Made by a program: the position numbers and the translations under genes
Shown here: piece after piece, positions 1 through 13,990 of the stretch
How positions within the stretch are numbered: the stretch's first letter is position 1
How the letters are laid out: each line of letters begins with the position of its first letter
The notes under the pieces: model-generated
The model's database searches: none
Seen by the model: the letters and a program-made list of their open reading frames with translations, nothing else
What the model was told of the DNA's origin: nothing
DNA from: the human T2T-CHM13v2.0 reference genome, Homo sapiens
DNA length: 64,000 nucleotides
NCBI RefSeq assembly: GCF_009914755.1
Contig: NC_060932.1
Direction: 5' to 3' (one strand)

Positions 1-124
1 CAGAATAGTCATGACTTTTACACTTTGCACCTTCAGAAATCTCTAAGTCAGAAAATAAGCATTCTCTGCATCCTGTTCTTTTCTTGACTTTACACTATTA
101 CTGAATTTTCATTTCAATAGTTTA

Positions 125-650
125 ATAGTAGCAGCTAACATTGACCCTTTATCATGTGCCAGGGACTAAGTGTTACACAGTTAAGTTCTCATTTAATGTC
201 CTAGATAGTTTCTTGGAAACTTTGGCTATAAGCAACATGACATATAATGAAACCAATTTTCCCACAGGCTAATTGATATAAACAAGAGTTAAGTTTCTAT
301 AACATCACGAAGACCTCACCAATCTTCAAAATAAAGACCCCCTAAACACTTCTAATACTAAAGCTAAAATAAATGTGAGCTATACATACATTTAAGAAAC
401 GTTAATAAAAACAAGGAAGATAATTACCCAATTATTGCAGTTCAGGGTCACGGGTGGCCAGAGCCTATTCTGACAGCTCAGAGTGCAAAGAGGGACCTAA
501 CCCTGGCCAGGAGGCCATCCTATTGCAGGGCCCAGTCATATAACAAAACCACGTTGAACAAATGGCACTGTTCCAAGACCTGCTGCATATTGAATTTCTC
601 ATTCAACCCTCCCAATGAGCCTGAAGGAGGCCATATAGCATAGCAATTCA
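125..650 (-). mobile_element. MIR SINE fragment split by a MER6 insertion
   Basis: Antisense MIR 3' motifs (AATAGTAGCAGCTAACATT..ATGTGCCAGG) before 178 and CTCATTCAACCCTC after 585. Confidence 0.6.
178..585 (-). mobile_element. MER6 (MER6B-like) non-autonomous TcMar-Tigger DNA transposon
   Basis: Termini CAGTTAAGTTCTCATTTAA...GACCTGCTG. Internal AAATAAATGTGAGCTATACATACATTTAAGAAA and CAGTTCAGGGTCACGGGTGGCCAGAGCCTAT match the reverse-complement MER6 consensus. Confidence 0.85.
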
Positions 651-689
651 CTGTGACATCTCCAGAGTTTACCAGGGGCCAAGTCATGG

Positions 690-850
690 CTTGCCCACTT
701 ACTTGTCTCCTGATGGGAAATTTATTTAGCCTCTATGTTTCTCTGTTTTTGTTTCCTCATCTAGCAAAAGGGCTTGAGTGTATTTTTTCATTGGGCTATT
801 GTAAAGGATTAAATAAAATATTGCAAACAGTGTTTGAAACTGTCAATACA
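690..850 (+). mobile_element. MIR fragment
   Basis: CCACTTACT...TTTCCTCATCT...GGATTAAAT core. Confidence 0.55.
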
Positions 851-904
851 TATGTTATGATGAAAACAGTGTCAGAAATAGGTCAACAAATACATGACAT
901 AATT

Positions 905-1030
905 AGGCAGATGAAAGAACTGAGACTAAGTATAGGTGATTCAGTGGCTCCAGGCACACAGCTAGTAAACTAAGGAGCTGGGATTTGAAAACGGCTGTAC
1001 ACCGCCAAAGCCCATACTTGTGACCTCTAT
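905..1030 (-). mobile_element. MIR fragment
   Basis: CAGATGAAAGAACTGAGACT...CACACAGCTAGTAA...GGGATTTGAA. Confidence 0.65.
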
Positions 1031-1038
1031 ATCATTGT

Positions 1039-1459
1039 ATGTTATGAAAACCAAAACTAATGAAGTTTTCATTCATGTGCTAAATAATACTGTGATCAGG
1101 CAAAAACAACGTAGCTACTTACTCCTGGAAATAAGGCTCCTGAAAGACAAGACAGTGAACCGATTCAAACTCCTTATTCATCAATAGCCTTTAAGGACCC
1201 TCTCCTCACTACAGCTACCCATTCAAAAATATTATGACATACATTTCCCAATCCCAACTAGAGTCTTGCTTTGCAGAAAATCATCCAACTCAGAGTTGCC
1301 CTCCAAATGCTATTAATATTCTCCCCTGACTTCTCCCTTCTGATTCACTACTAAAGCTGTCAAAGAAGTCTTTTCCCTTACTGCAGCAAGCCTAACCAAC
1401 TTAGCTTTGTTTGAGCAGCAGATTTTTCTGGTGATATTTTGGGAAGTCAGTACTCAACA
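1039..1459 (+). mobile_element. Old ERV1-class LTR (MER110/MER4-group-like)
   Basis: TG start. 3' end CCCTTACTGCAGCAAGCCTAACCAACTTAGCTTTG...GGGAAGTCAGTACTCAACA resembles MER4-group LTR U5 ends. Subfamily uncertain. Confidence 0.5.
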
Positions 1460-3780
1460 ATACTTAAACTACCACTGAGATTCACTAAATTCCCCCTTGC
1501 TGCTGAGGCTCAAGACTCCTCACTCAGGAGAGGGTGCTACCTTGGGGCCTCTGAGCCTTCCACTCAGAAATCTCTCCAACCGTAAGATAGGTGGGGCCCT
1601 GATTATGTCTGATCTCCTGATTTCTTATTTGCTCTTGCTTGAGTTGATTTTCAAATAAATTCATTTTTTCTCCTAGGAATGAGGAATCATTTTAAGTATC
1701 CTTCCTTTAGATAATTAAATTTGAAAATTATTATTCATGGTGAAAACCTGCCTAAATACCAACACTTCCTCCCTGTTTCCTGCTGTCCACACTCCTCCCT
1801 TTCTCCTGTGAGTCTGCAGGAGGAAGTCTAGAGAGAGGGACCACACGGGCTCTCGAAGTCCGTCTTTCAGACCACTCCAAGACTGACGAGTTCAGTCTCA
1901 TGAGACTGATAATTTTTTGACAAACTTTGGCTTGGGATACTGTTCAAAAACTTGTAAGAAATTTCCATTGTCTTGTCTTTGCATCCCTGAGAAATATTTT
2001 ATTTAGTTTCTTCTGCCCACTGTTGGGGGTTTCCTTGGGCCTCTTATCAGTGATGACTGCTCTGTGGCCATATGCTAGAGATAAGAAGTGGTACAAGACC
2101 CATTCTTACTGTCTGCTGTAGTTCTCATGGGCTCTACTCAATGTGTTTGGCCCTCTGGGACAAACACCTGCTCCCTTAAAGCTTTCATTTAAGTGCATGT
2201 CTCTGTCATGACTCCACCATGGTCAAACTGAAATTGCAATGATCACTTTGAGAAAATTGTAACATAAACATGATTGTCTATTAGAGATACACATTAGAAC
2301 AAAAAAGAAAAGAAACCTTCAGGAGGTGATTCTGCCTTGTCTAAGAGAGAGATGACCTTGAAATAGGAGACCCCTTCTTTTCTTCTTGTACTGTGCACAT
2401 GTGTGACTGTTTTTATGTATGTGAATATGTATGTGCATGTGCATGTGTGTGTAAGAGTGTATGTGTGCAAGTATGTATGAGTGTGAGTACATGTGGATGT
2501 GTACATGAGAGAGAAATGGTTTTTCTTGTGTCTAGGCTTTTCCTTTCCTTGCAGAAAGAAGGGTAAGTAGCCTTTTTACAGAGATGATTTTATATTAGAA
2601 GCCAGTTCCCTCTCATTTCTTCTTTTCTTTCCTTCCGTTTTTAACTTCTCTCAGAAAACTTTGGAGATTGATAGATTATAAATTATTGATATATCTCATA
2701 GAGGTTTACTTCTACTAAGAAAAGAACTATTTTACCAAATATGAGTAATTAAATTTTAGCTTACAAAGGCTCTACATGTTTTTCTCTGATCTTATTACTA
2801 TGTAAAAAACGTTCACCTAGTATTTAGTTAAGACAAGATTTGAATATAATTTCTCATGATTAAAATTTGAAAATATTCTATGTTAGTTCTATGGCCCCAA
2901 TAATGTGTTATTATATCTGCAACTTATATAAAGTTAAGAAATATAAAATTGTATTTAGTCCAATAAAATTGTAAATGTGAGTGTCTTTTAGATATTTAAT
3001 ATTGTGAATACTTATTTAACAGATCATAAGGGCTTAATGTGTTGGTAAACTTTGTAATTTCTGGATCTTTGGTTAGCTTTAAGACCTTAGACTAATATAA
3101 AATTAAGCTAATTAATAAAAGGTATATGTATACCACAACTATTTCTAAATAAAAATAAAATGTTTAAATATCATTCAAGAAACATTATTTTGGGTTTTAC
3201 TCATTTCCAATCTTTACAAAATACTACAGACTAATAGGGCATTTGAATGCCTTTGAATTATATATATATCTGAATGTGTTTATCTCAAGTTTATTAAAAT
3301 GCAGTATAAAATGTGTACTCATGGAAAAAATCTAAGTAGATATTGCTTCTAGTTTCCTTGTGGCCAGGAAAACAAAAGTTGATTAGTTAAAGGTGGTAAT
3401 TAATATAAATGTTTGAGATGACACTAAGTACTATAATTACAGAGTAAGACAAATGAGTATACAAGATGATAATATATTTTGTCTGTTTTCTTCTTAAAGG
3501 AATTATTATAATTTATTAAAATGGAAAATCCCATTAGGCAAATACTATATATTTTAAAATTTAGCATGCTGACAGTTAACTGCATTTTAGAGCTAAACTT
3601 AATAATTTTATTATCTGTTTGCTTAGTTATATATTCATGTATGTTTAAATGCATAAATACAAGAATATCTTTATATTACTTTTAAAAGTGAATAAATAAT
3701 GAATAAGATAATGAAAGACAAAATTGAGGACACTCTGTGAATATAAGAGACCTAAAGAAAATGATGTTACAGGTTTCTAA
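1460..3780 (+). mobile_element. Degenerate ERV1 internal (leader-type, AT-rich) sequence following the LTR
   Basis: GAGACTGATAA..AAACTTTGGCTTGGGATACTGTT leader-like motif, then a long AT-rich tract typical of MER4-group internals. No intact ORF. Confidence 0.4.
2393..2507. repeat. Degenerate (TG/TA)n alternating purine-pyrimidine tract
   Basis: Seen directly. Confidence 0.85.
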
Positions 3781-3799
3781 TACCAAAGATGACGTAATA

Positions 3800-3895
3800 A
3801 TCTCCTAATGGCCTCCCCTCCTAATGCCCCCACATTGGGGGTTAAGATTTCAGCATATACATTTTTGTCTAATACAAACATTCAGTCTGTAACAA
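3800..3895 (-). mobile_element. MLT1A-like MaLR LTR 5' fragment
   Basis: CCCCTCCTAAT...CACATTGGGGGTTAAGATTTCAGCATAT...ACATTCAGTCTGTAACA is the reverse complement of the MLT1A start. Confidence 0.75.
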
Positions 3896-3984
3896 CCTCT
3901 AAGGCATTTCATCTGTCATTCATAGACGGCTCTGCTGCAGTGTCTTTGGGCATGGAAAGGCCGTTGAAGTTGTTTATTCTCATC

Positions 3985-4110
3985 TCCCTGGCACTTCATT
4001 GTTAGAAAATTAGAACTTGGAAGCTCAGAGAGGTGACGTGATTAGCCTAAGGTCACAAAGCTATTTCATAAGAAGGATAGGGCTAAAACTGTTTAGTCAC
4101 TTTATACTCT
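3985..4110 (-). mobile_element. MIR fragment
   Basis: GCTCAGAGAGGTGACGTGATTAGCCTAAGGTCACAAAGCTA. Confidence 0.6.
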
Positions 4111-4398
4111 TACCACTGAGTTCCTTTGACATTGGAGGGGAGAAAATTTTACTCATAAAACTCAGTCTTGGTGAACATTGAAAATAATACTTTTAGAGGG
4201 AAAGGGCCTTTAAATCAGGCTTATTACACTGTTTGTGGTCAAGTAATATAGGAAGGAAGTAGGTTTTTTTAGATGTCTGAAAATTTAGTGGTGATCAGCT
4301 ATAATATAGATACATTGAGATTTTACTTTCTAACATTCTACCTTCATGTCTTCAACTTTTATAAACCCAATAAAATAAATGAACAATGGAGGCTACCC

Positions 4399-4464
4399 AT
4401 TTAAGCTGGGTTTTTTTCAACCCCATTTGAAATTTAAGCTGGGTTTTCTTCAACCCCATTTGAA
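4399..4464. repeat. 33-bp tandem duplication (2 copies, 1 mismatch)
   Basis: ATTTAAGCTGGGTTTT(T/C)TTCAACCCCATTTGAA x2. Confidence 0.95.
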
Positions 4465-4729
4465 AATCTTAGAAGAAATATCAACAGGGTGATTCCATAA
4501 ATACTCAGTTTTACCTTCAAAATGGAGAATTAATTCAAACAAATTGTGTAAACGTGTTTCTTTTTGAGAGTTTCATATTGATTAATTCATGAAATGGTTA
4601 TAAACAAACCTTTTTTTTAGCAGTTTGTGCTGCTTTTATGAATGCTATTTCATTTCATAATGCTTAAAATAATAAATTTATGAGGCATTAGCTCTGAAAG
4701 CCATGTTAATAATTCCCTGTGTTAAATTC

Positions 4730-4850
4730 CTGACTTTATTGATGAGGAAAGAGGATCAGAGAAAGTGAAGGACTCACCTATAGTTACCAGTGCATAAATG
4801 GAAGAGCTATGTTTGTATCCAGGCTTTACTTCAAATCTGGCCCTCTGTCC
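4730..4850 (-). mobile_element. MIR fragment
   Basis: GATGAGGAAA..CAGAGAAAGTGAAGGACTCACC. Confidence 0.55.
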
Positions 4851-5589
4851 ATTGCATCAGAACCCATGAACTGACCCAATTCAAACAACTCTCATTTAGT
4901 TCCATATGGTGTTACATGTGATCTATTTTTTAAGCAGACTATGATACAATAAAAATGCTGATTCCAAATAATATGTCTTACAAAGTAGCATCCTTTCCAG
5001 AAGAGAATGCCTCTCTCTCCACAGTATCAAACAGCTTCTGGTGGAGCTTCCACAGTAAGTGTGACCTCTGGAGACACAACATAGAGTCTGCTGGCTAGAG
5101 AAGATATAGGATCCTAAAACTCTTATTATCTGTGACTGTGAGAGACTTGAAACTTCTCCTTCACCTAAGATTCTTTTCCAACCTCGTAAGTACTTGACTA
5201 AGATATATTTGTGTGATGACTTTGTCCAGCTGAAGTAATCTAAAAACCTTGATGGGCTGGAAATGGTGAATTTTTCTTCTGTTGGTGACTAATGCAGTGA
5301 GCAGGCAGTTTTTCTAGTTCTTTTAAGGCAGCATCAGCCTAAAAGGTCACGGACAGGCATTAGCAATGCGAGAGTACACAGAAGTTAATTTCAAAACAAA
5401 TAAAGTGGATGGAGCAATTCAACAACTGTGCATTCTGAAATGCAAGTAAATGACTTATATGCTCAAGTGATTTGAAGCATAAGTATTGATGACTTGTGTG
5501 GCTTTTAACCATATCTGGGAAACTCTCATGTGAGTATTTAATCCATTCATACACAGCAATTATCTTCTATAATACCCTAATGAGTGACT

Positions 5590-5835
5590 AGGCAGTGAAG
5601 TGTAGTGGAAAGAATGCTTTTCTTGGTTTAAGAGTTAAATATTAATAGTTGAAAAAAGACTTTTCCTGAGAGTCACCTGGTGGGAAGGGCAGATGGATTA
5701 GGGTTTGTTTATCTGCTCCCCTTTTTAGTTCTGTTAACTTTGTCAGTAAATACTTCGGAGCCTCAATTTGCTTATCTGTAAAATGGAAATCTCTATTTTC
5801 TCACATGATTGTTGGGAAAATAAAATGTACTTAAG
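5590..5835 (+). mobile_element. MIR fragments
   Basis: GTGTAGTGGAAAGA head and GCCTCAATTTGCTTATCTGTAAAATGG core. Confidence 0.55.
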
Positions 5836-5870
5836 TGTACATTGCACATAGCCATATATTTTTAAATATA

Positions 5871-7182
5871 AAAGGGGTCTTCAAAAAGTTTGTGGAATAT
5901 GCTATAATGAACATTATGCCCAGAGTTTAAAACTGTTTTGCACCAAAATGAACTTGAACTAACTTGTTATAGCATATCCGAACAGGATATAGTTTGGGAC
6001 ACTAAGAAAGATAAAACATCAGTTTGAAAAGAACCCCTATCAGAGCAAGATGAATTTTGCTAAAATTAAAGCAAGAACAAACATTATGCTTATAAAGATT
6101 GGAAAGAAGAATGGTGAAATCATAGTTGCTTTGTGAAAAGTTTATGGGGACAATGTCCCCCCAAAATTAGCAATTTACAAATGGGAAACTCATCTTAATA
6201 ACGGACAAGATAATGTTGAAAATGAAGTCTGCAGCAGCAGACCATCCACATCAATTTGTGAGGAAAAAATTAATCTTGTTTCTGCTCTAATTGAAGAAGA
6301 CTGACAATTAACAGCACAAACAATAGACAACACCATAAGCTTCTCAATTGGTTCAGCTTACACAATTCTGACTGAAAAATTAAAGTTGAGCAAACTTTCC
6401 ACTCAATGGATGCCAGAACCATTGTGCCCAGATCAGCTACAGACAAGAGGAGAGCTTTCAATGGAAATTTTAAACATGTGGAATCAAGATCCTGAAACAT
6501 TTCATTAAAGAATTGTAACAGAAGATGAAACACGGCTCTACCAGTACTATCCTGAAGACAAAGCACTATCAAAGCAATGGCTACCAAGAGGTCACAGTGG
6601 TCCAGTCAAAGAAAAAGTGAATTGGTCAAGAGCAAAGGCCATGGCAACATTTTTGTTTGTTTGTTTGTTTGTTTGTTTGAGATGCTAAAGACATTTTGCT
6701 TGTTGACTTTTTAGGGAGCCAGAGAAAAAATATCACCTGCTTATGACCAGAGTGTTTTGAAAATGTTAGTCAAAACCATAGCAGAAAAATTCCCAGGAAA
6801 GCTTCACCAGAAAGTCCTTCTCTGCCGCAACAATATTCCTGCTTATTCCTCCTATCACACAAGGGCAATTTTTCAGGATTTTTGTTGGGAAATTATTAGG
6901 GATCCACCTTAGAGTCATGATTTGGCTCCTTCTGTCTCCTTTTTTTTCCTGATCTTAAAAAATACTCAGAGGGCATCCATTTTTGTTCAATTAGTAATGT
7001 AAAAAAGGCCACATGCACATGGTTAAATTCCCAGGCCCCTCAGTTCTTTAGAGACGGACTAAGTGGCTGGTATCATCACTTACAAAAGTGTCTTGAACTT
7101 GATGGAGCTTATGTTAAGAAATAACATTTACATTTTTATTCTTTCAATTCCATTTTTTCATGAACTTTTTGAAATCCTCTTA
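5871..7182 (+). mobile_element. HSMAR2 mariner transposon, essentially full length
   Basis: TIRs AGGGGTCTTCAAAAAGTTTGTGGAA...TTCATGAACTTTTTGAAATCCTC, flanked by TA. ~1.3 kb. Confidence 0.95.
6050..7124 (+). pseudogene. Disrupted Hsmar2 transposase
   Basis: ATG AAT TTT GCT AAA ATT start. Remnants of WVP, VTGDET (VTEDET), HDNA and YSPDLAPSD (SHDLAPS) motifs. Stops, frameshifts and an internal (TTTG)n at ~6650-6679. Confidence 0.9.
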
Positions 7183-7599
7183 TATAATTTATGTAAAAGC
7201 TGCTCAGATTATTGAGGAAAAGTTTCACCAAGTTAGTTTTAATAGGACTCAAATAGGAACATTCTCATCTTCCTAAAATAAACATGATAAAATTGACACT
7301 TAACCCACCTTTTGCTCTGCTAAAAAGAATTTTTAGACCTTTTGTGTATTTTCCTAACAGTGATACTCTATTAATAGTGGAGTGAAAAAATAAATGAGAG
7401 CTTTGGTAAGATGTTTAAATAATGTGGAGTGGGTGACTTAATAATTTTGCAAATAATTGTTGAGAAGCTATTCTCCAAAGGCTAAGTGGGGCTCCCTGGT
7501 GATGTTAGGCCAGGAGGAAAAGCTTCCAGGAAAGTTTCTTCCTACCATTTAGAATGAAGCATAAAGAAAGTAAAAAGCAACCAATAAAAATATACCTTA

Positions 7600-7950
<351 letters not shown>

Positions 7951-7965
7951 TTATACACCTTATGT

Positions 7966-8510
<545 letters not shown>

Positions 8511-10313
8511 GCCTCTCATCACATGGTAGGACAAATAAGTACTCTTCTTTTGAAGTTTACTATTCCCATTGATGCTATCTTGTCAAAGATCTAGAGATTC
8601 TTTATCTGAATGGAACAAAAAGACTCTCTCTTAATCTTTGTCTGTACTATCCAAAGGGCTGATGTGTTAGCCAACTCTCCGAATTGTCAGAGTGGGGTCC
8701 ACTTTAGTGATCTGAATATCCTCATTGGATATTTGTACCTCTACTTCTATTGAAAAACATGAAATTCATGAAAGCTTTTATAGATTTCTTAGTATAAGTA
8801 TTTTTTCTGAATATGTATAAGAAGGTAAAGCAGCCACAATTGAATATCAGATCAGCTATCTGAAGGGTTTAAATGCTTAATGTAATACTTATAATTATTT
8901 TTCTTATTAAAAATTGACATTTCATTATTTGAGAGTAGGGTTTAAGAGTTTTACATTTTAATAAGGTACTACAGTCCTATACATTTGGCACATTGATGTT
9001 TTATGTATTTCCCTCTGTACCACCATATTTACAGGTTTGCATGCTTCTGAGTTAAGAAATTCATTTCTGAGTAGTATTTGTTAAGTGTTGTTAGAGAATG
9101 GATTTGAAGGATATGGATTTTTGAGACAGAGTATATTCCAGTGGGAGCTTTATTGAGCTATATATAAATAAGCAAATGAAGCCTACACAGTACATACAAC
9201 ACTTTAGTATTGTTACTCTCAGGAGTGGAAATCAGTTAAGGGATACTATTGACTTTACTGAATTTTTTAATTGATGGATTTACAGGTTATTGCTTTTTGT
9301 CAGTTGTCTCAGGCCCCAAGGTCACTTGTGGCTTCAATGCTGATCTCTCTACAGATGCGTCCCAAGCCTGTTTCTTTAGGTCTCTCTTTGTCCTTCATCC
9401 ACTCTCACATTTACACTAGACATTTTCATCCAGATAGCACATGGCCGCCTTGGATGCAATACATCCCTCTGCTCATCAACCCTTCAGTGAGAATTCAGTT
9501 TACCTTCCATAGTATCATTTTATTTGTTAACAGTGTCACCATTTATATTCACTTTGATTTGAAACATAAGCATCTTCTGGGTTGAATTACCTCTGGATTG
9601 CTTTGGCCAGCTAAACAAAAGCCAGGTAACAATAATCCATTTCTGTTCCATTTTTTATAAAACCTGTTCTGCATTTCAGACCCTCATTGCCTTTGCTTGG
9701 AGGATGTCCCTGCTGGTCCTGGCAGCCCTCACACTGCCCAGTCTTTCCACACACTACAGCCCAAGGAGTCATCTGCTTGTGGTTTGGTAGCTTCAACCTT
9801 GTTCTCTACAACCATCCCCCATGCCGGTTCTCAGCTCAGAAAACTTCAATGACTTCCATTATCCGCTGAAGTTTTAACTTTTACATACAAACCTGAATGG
9901 AAACATTCAGGTTTTCCAGGATATGGCCTTTGCTGTCATTTCCTCCTTGTTATCCTTTCTCCCTCCCTCCATATTTTCCACAAATGATTTGGAAATACTG
10001 TAAAAACCTCTATATTAAGTGCTGGGGATATATTGATGATCAAGCTGCCTTTGTAAAGTGTGCAGATAAAAGAGAGATCCACAGAGAAGTAATTCAAGTC
10101 AAGCAGGATGAGTGATTTGGTAGGGCAGTGTCGGGGCAACAGGAGGATGCACAGGGAACTTCAACAAATTGACCAGGCTGATTTCTCTGAAGAAGGAACA
10201 CGTCAGTGGAAATGTGTGAAAACTGATCAACAGAAGAAGGGGCTTGATCTACTTTCCGTCTTAGAATGTGTGCTCAGGTTGCGGTGTGTACGGTGTGGAT
10301 AAATGATTTGGGG

Positions 10314-10790
<477 letters not shown>

Positions 10791-11099
10791 TTCTGAGGTA
10801 AGCAAGACTAGAGGCTGCGGGGCCTCGCAGCCCAGGTGTGCAACAAGGGTGACCTAGACTGTAGGCAAGGCAGAGGTGGTAGAGAGGAGAGGCCTGAGAA
10901 GGATATGGGAATCAGACACGCCTAGATTTGGGCGTGGTATGAGACGGATGGAATGTGGAGGTGACGGGGAGGAAGGAGTCAAGGACGGCAACCAATTTTT
11001 GCCATAAGACCTTGGGTGGAAGGAATACTGTTTACTGAGATAAAAAAAAATCCAAGAGTAGAAGCACAACTAAGCAGAAGGCGCGAAGTTCATTTTGGG

Positions 11100-11355
11100 G
11101 TAGAATATGCTGCTTTAGTTAAGAATATAGGCTCTGAAGTTAGATTTCCTGGGTCTGAGCATTAGCTTTGCTTCTTCCCAGCTGAATAACTTCAAGCAAT
11201 TTTCACAACCTTACTGCACATAGTTGCTTCATTTTAACATTGCGACAAAAATAGTACCCATCTCATAAGGTTGTGGCAAGGATTGAATAAGACACTATAT
11301 AAAAAATATTTGCAACCCTGTCTGGCATACAGTTTGTACTCAATATTAACCATTA
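11100..11355 (+). mobile_element. MIR
   Basis: TAGTTAAGAATATAGGCTCTG...ATAGTACCCATCTCATAAGGTTGT...CTGGCATACAG. Confidence 0.75.
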
Positions 11356-11379
11356 TGAATAATTGCCTTCACATACACT

Positions 11380-11790
11380 GGCTTTTTCCAAACTGATTGC
11401 ATCACTCCTTGGAGGCTGCTCAGGCCGTGCTTTTCTATTTTTGTTGCTTTGCTTATTGCGGCTCCTTTGTCTAGAATTTGTTTCTACCATTCCTACTTAT
11501 CTCTGTATGAAGTCATGCTTGTCCTCAGAGTCCAAATAAATGCCGCTTCCTCCAGTTGCCTTCCCAGTTGCCCCCCACCTCGCTCAGTGATCTCTTCGTT
11601 CTCAGCTCTTACCACCATCATTATAATTTCATTTTAAATCAAAGTACTTTTAACCTGTGTTTTAATTACTTCTACACGCCTCCCTTCCCAACACTGGCAA
11701 TGATGGGTTCTATTGTGTTTTGTGGCTTTCATTTACACACTAGTGCACTGTTGAGTGAACTCGGAAGTTAGTTTATAAACATTGTAGTTA
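11380..11790 (+). mobile_element. L2 3' fragments
   Basis: Pyrimidine-rich L2-like sequence (TCCAAATAAATGCCGCTTCCTCC). Confidence 0.45.
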
Positions 11791-13809
11791 GCTGCTGGTC
11801 CTAATTTTCACGTTTATTTGGATTTGGAGTTGGGAATATTGTTATGATTTTCTTTGTGCTTAATAAATCACATCTGCATCCACAGAGGAGGGTTTATTTG
11901 TGGCTTATTAATTAAATAGTAATTCATCATATGAACAAATGCTCTATTGTATTGTTTTCCTCTCCTTAGGGAAAACCATTTTGCCGCAAATTAGAATATT
12001 TGAAATCAATACTGCTTCCTAATATGAAAAGACAATCCACATTCAAAAATTGAGTAGGGATATTTCTCTTTCTTTCTATATATATGCTTTTACTCACACA
12101 CACACACGCACACACACAGTTGCTTTCAGTAATTCACAGTACTCCGTTCTGTTTTGATCTCTGCTTCGGTGGCATTTTGAAATGTTCTACATGGGGCATA
12201 TGTTTTAGTTTTACTACCCCTGCTTCACTTCTACCAACTAATATATTCCAGAATTTTTTTGATTACAAAACAAACTGGAATAAATCCAGAGCATTTAGTA
12301 AGAAATAGTCCTTGATCATCATTTTCCCTGAGGAGAGTATAAGTGGATTATGCACCAAAAACAGGAAATACTTTGGAAATTGCTGAAAATTAGTGTGGGA
12401 AAATCATAACAAAATATTATGCTTTTAAAGTTCTTTCTGAAGATTGTGCTTTAGGGAAGAAAACAAATATAATAATATTTTTATCTTGAATTTAATTATT
12501 ATATTATTCTTTTAGAATGATAAACTTATCCTAATAAATGCAAACTCTTCCCTTCCTTGTGGTAAAAAGAGAGATCAGACATAAAATGGTACAATTCATG
12601 ATTAAAGAAAGTTTTTTTCCTATTGAACTTATGCCACATTAGATATTCAAACTACACAGGATCCTGATATAACTTCCATATACACCTATGAGTTCTTCAT
12701 TCATTTCACATCTTGTGGACTCTAGCCTGCATTTTCCTGGACATGGAATGTTTATTTCACTCACATCTTTCACAGTTTTCCGAGCAAATATTCTCCTGCC
12801 CAGATTCATCAGCAAATAAACTCCCTTCTCCCAAAATTAGGCATTGCATGTTAAAATAATTAGTGTAACAAAGCTCCTCAAATTTCGTGAAAAGCTCTGG
12901 CCAGTTTCTTGGGGCATGATTATAAGCAGTGTTGTTCAAATGTCTGACATTCCCCTACCACCTTCCTGAGTTCAAACAGATGCCCCTGGCAGCATTGGGG
13001 CAGCCTGAAGTCCAAGCAGGATGTGCCAGTTGAGCAACAGCAAAGCTTACCTACTTCAGCCTCAGGTTAGAAATAATATTGTGAAATTGTGCATCTGATG
13101 CTAGGTATATATTTAAAATGTATGGAAATATATATACCTAGCCATTACAATGAATGGACATTCCCGGTACCAGCTAAGTCCGATAATGTCCACAGCAATC
13201 TGTTTACCATATTTAGGGAAACACTGACCATAGCAGCAGTGAGGCCAGATCCTCCCTGCCTCCTGGGTCTCAACCAGGCTGCATCTTCAGTGGCTCTGGC
13301 CATCTGTGCCAAGTTCTTTTCCCTCATTAACTGTGGCAGCCTCAGCCAAGGCTTCTCTCTCTGCAATCGACTCCTTCCACCTGCCCATAACTGACTTGGC
13401 TACTGAAATCACACAGGCACAGATTGACATTTTAATTTTAACAATGTTCTCTTCCCTTCCTTTTCCTTCAGGGGGTTCTCTGTGACCCTCATACCATCTC
13501 CTTTCCCCAGAAGGCTGCATATCATCTCACTGTCTTTTTCCTGGGACACGTAACATTTGGAACATTTAGAAACTTGGTTCTGTTCTTAACTTTGAGTGGT
13601 TTATTGGTGATGCATTTTCCCATTCCCTTACTAAACTCCTTTGCACACATTATTTCAACAGTTTGGGGAACCCCATGGCTTATATGACATCTCAGAGTGA
13701 TCAGAAAAGACTAGGTGGATTTTTCCTTTTTCATCTCATTTGCGCAAAATGGATTCCCCCATGACGCCTTCAAATAGGCCCCACTTTTCAAAAATACATT
13801 TATCAATGT

Positions 13810-13990
13810 TGTATACACAATGTAAATACTTTGCTGGGTAGTGATGTGTTTTTGTTGCATTATCCAATAATCCATGTCACAAATAGTTATGGAGCACCTG
13901 CTGTATGCAAGGCATTGTATTCCTACTGGATGTCATACAAAGACAGACAAGAAATGATTCCTGTTTTCAATGGGGACTGGAGGACAGAGT
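13810..13990 (-). mobile_element. L2 3' fragment
   Basis: GAGCACCTGCTGTATGCAAGGCATTGT. Confidence 0.55.

Noticed and set aside
6270-6587. 105-aa minus-strand ORF
   Set aside because: Antisense shadow of the Hsmar2 transposase
12927-13042. Possible small MITE (CAGTGTTGTTCAA...TTGAGCAACAG)
   Set aside because: TIR match is imperfect, with no TSD or family that I can support
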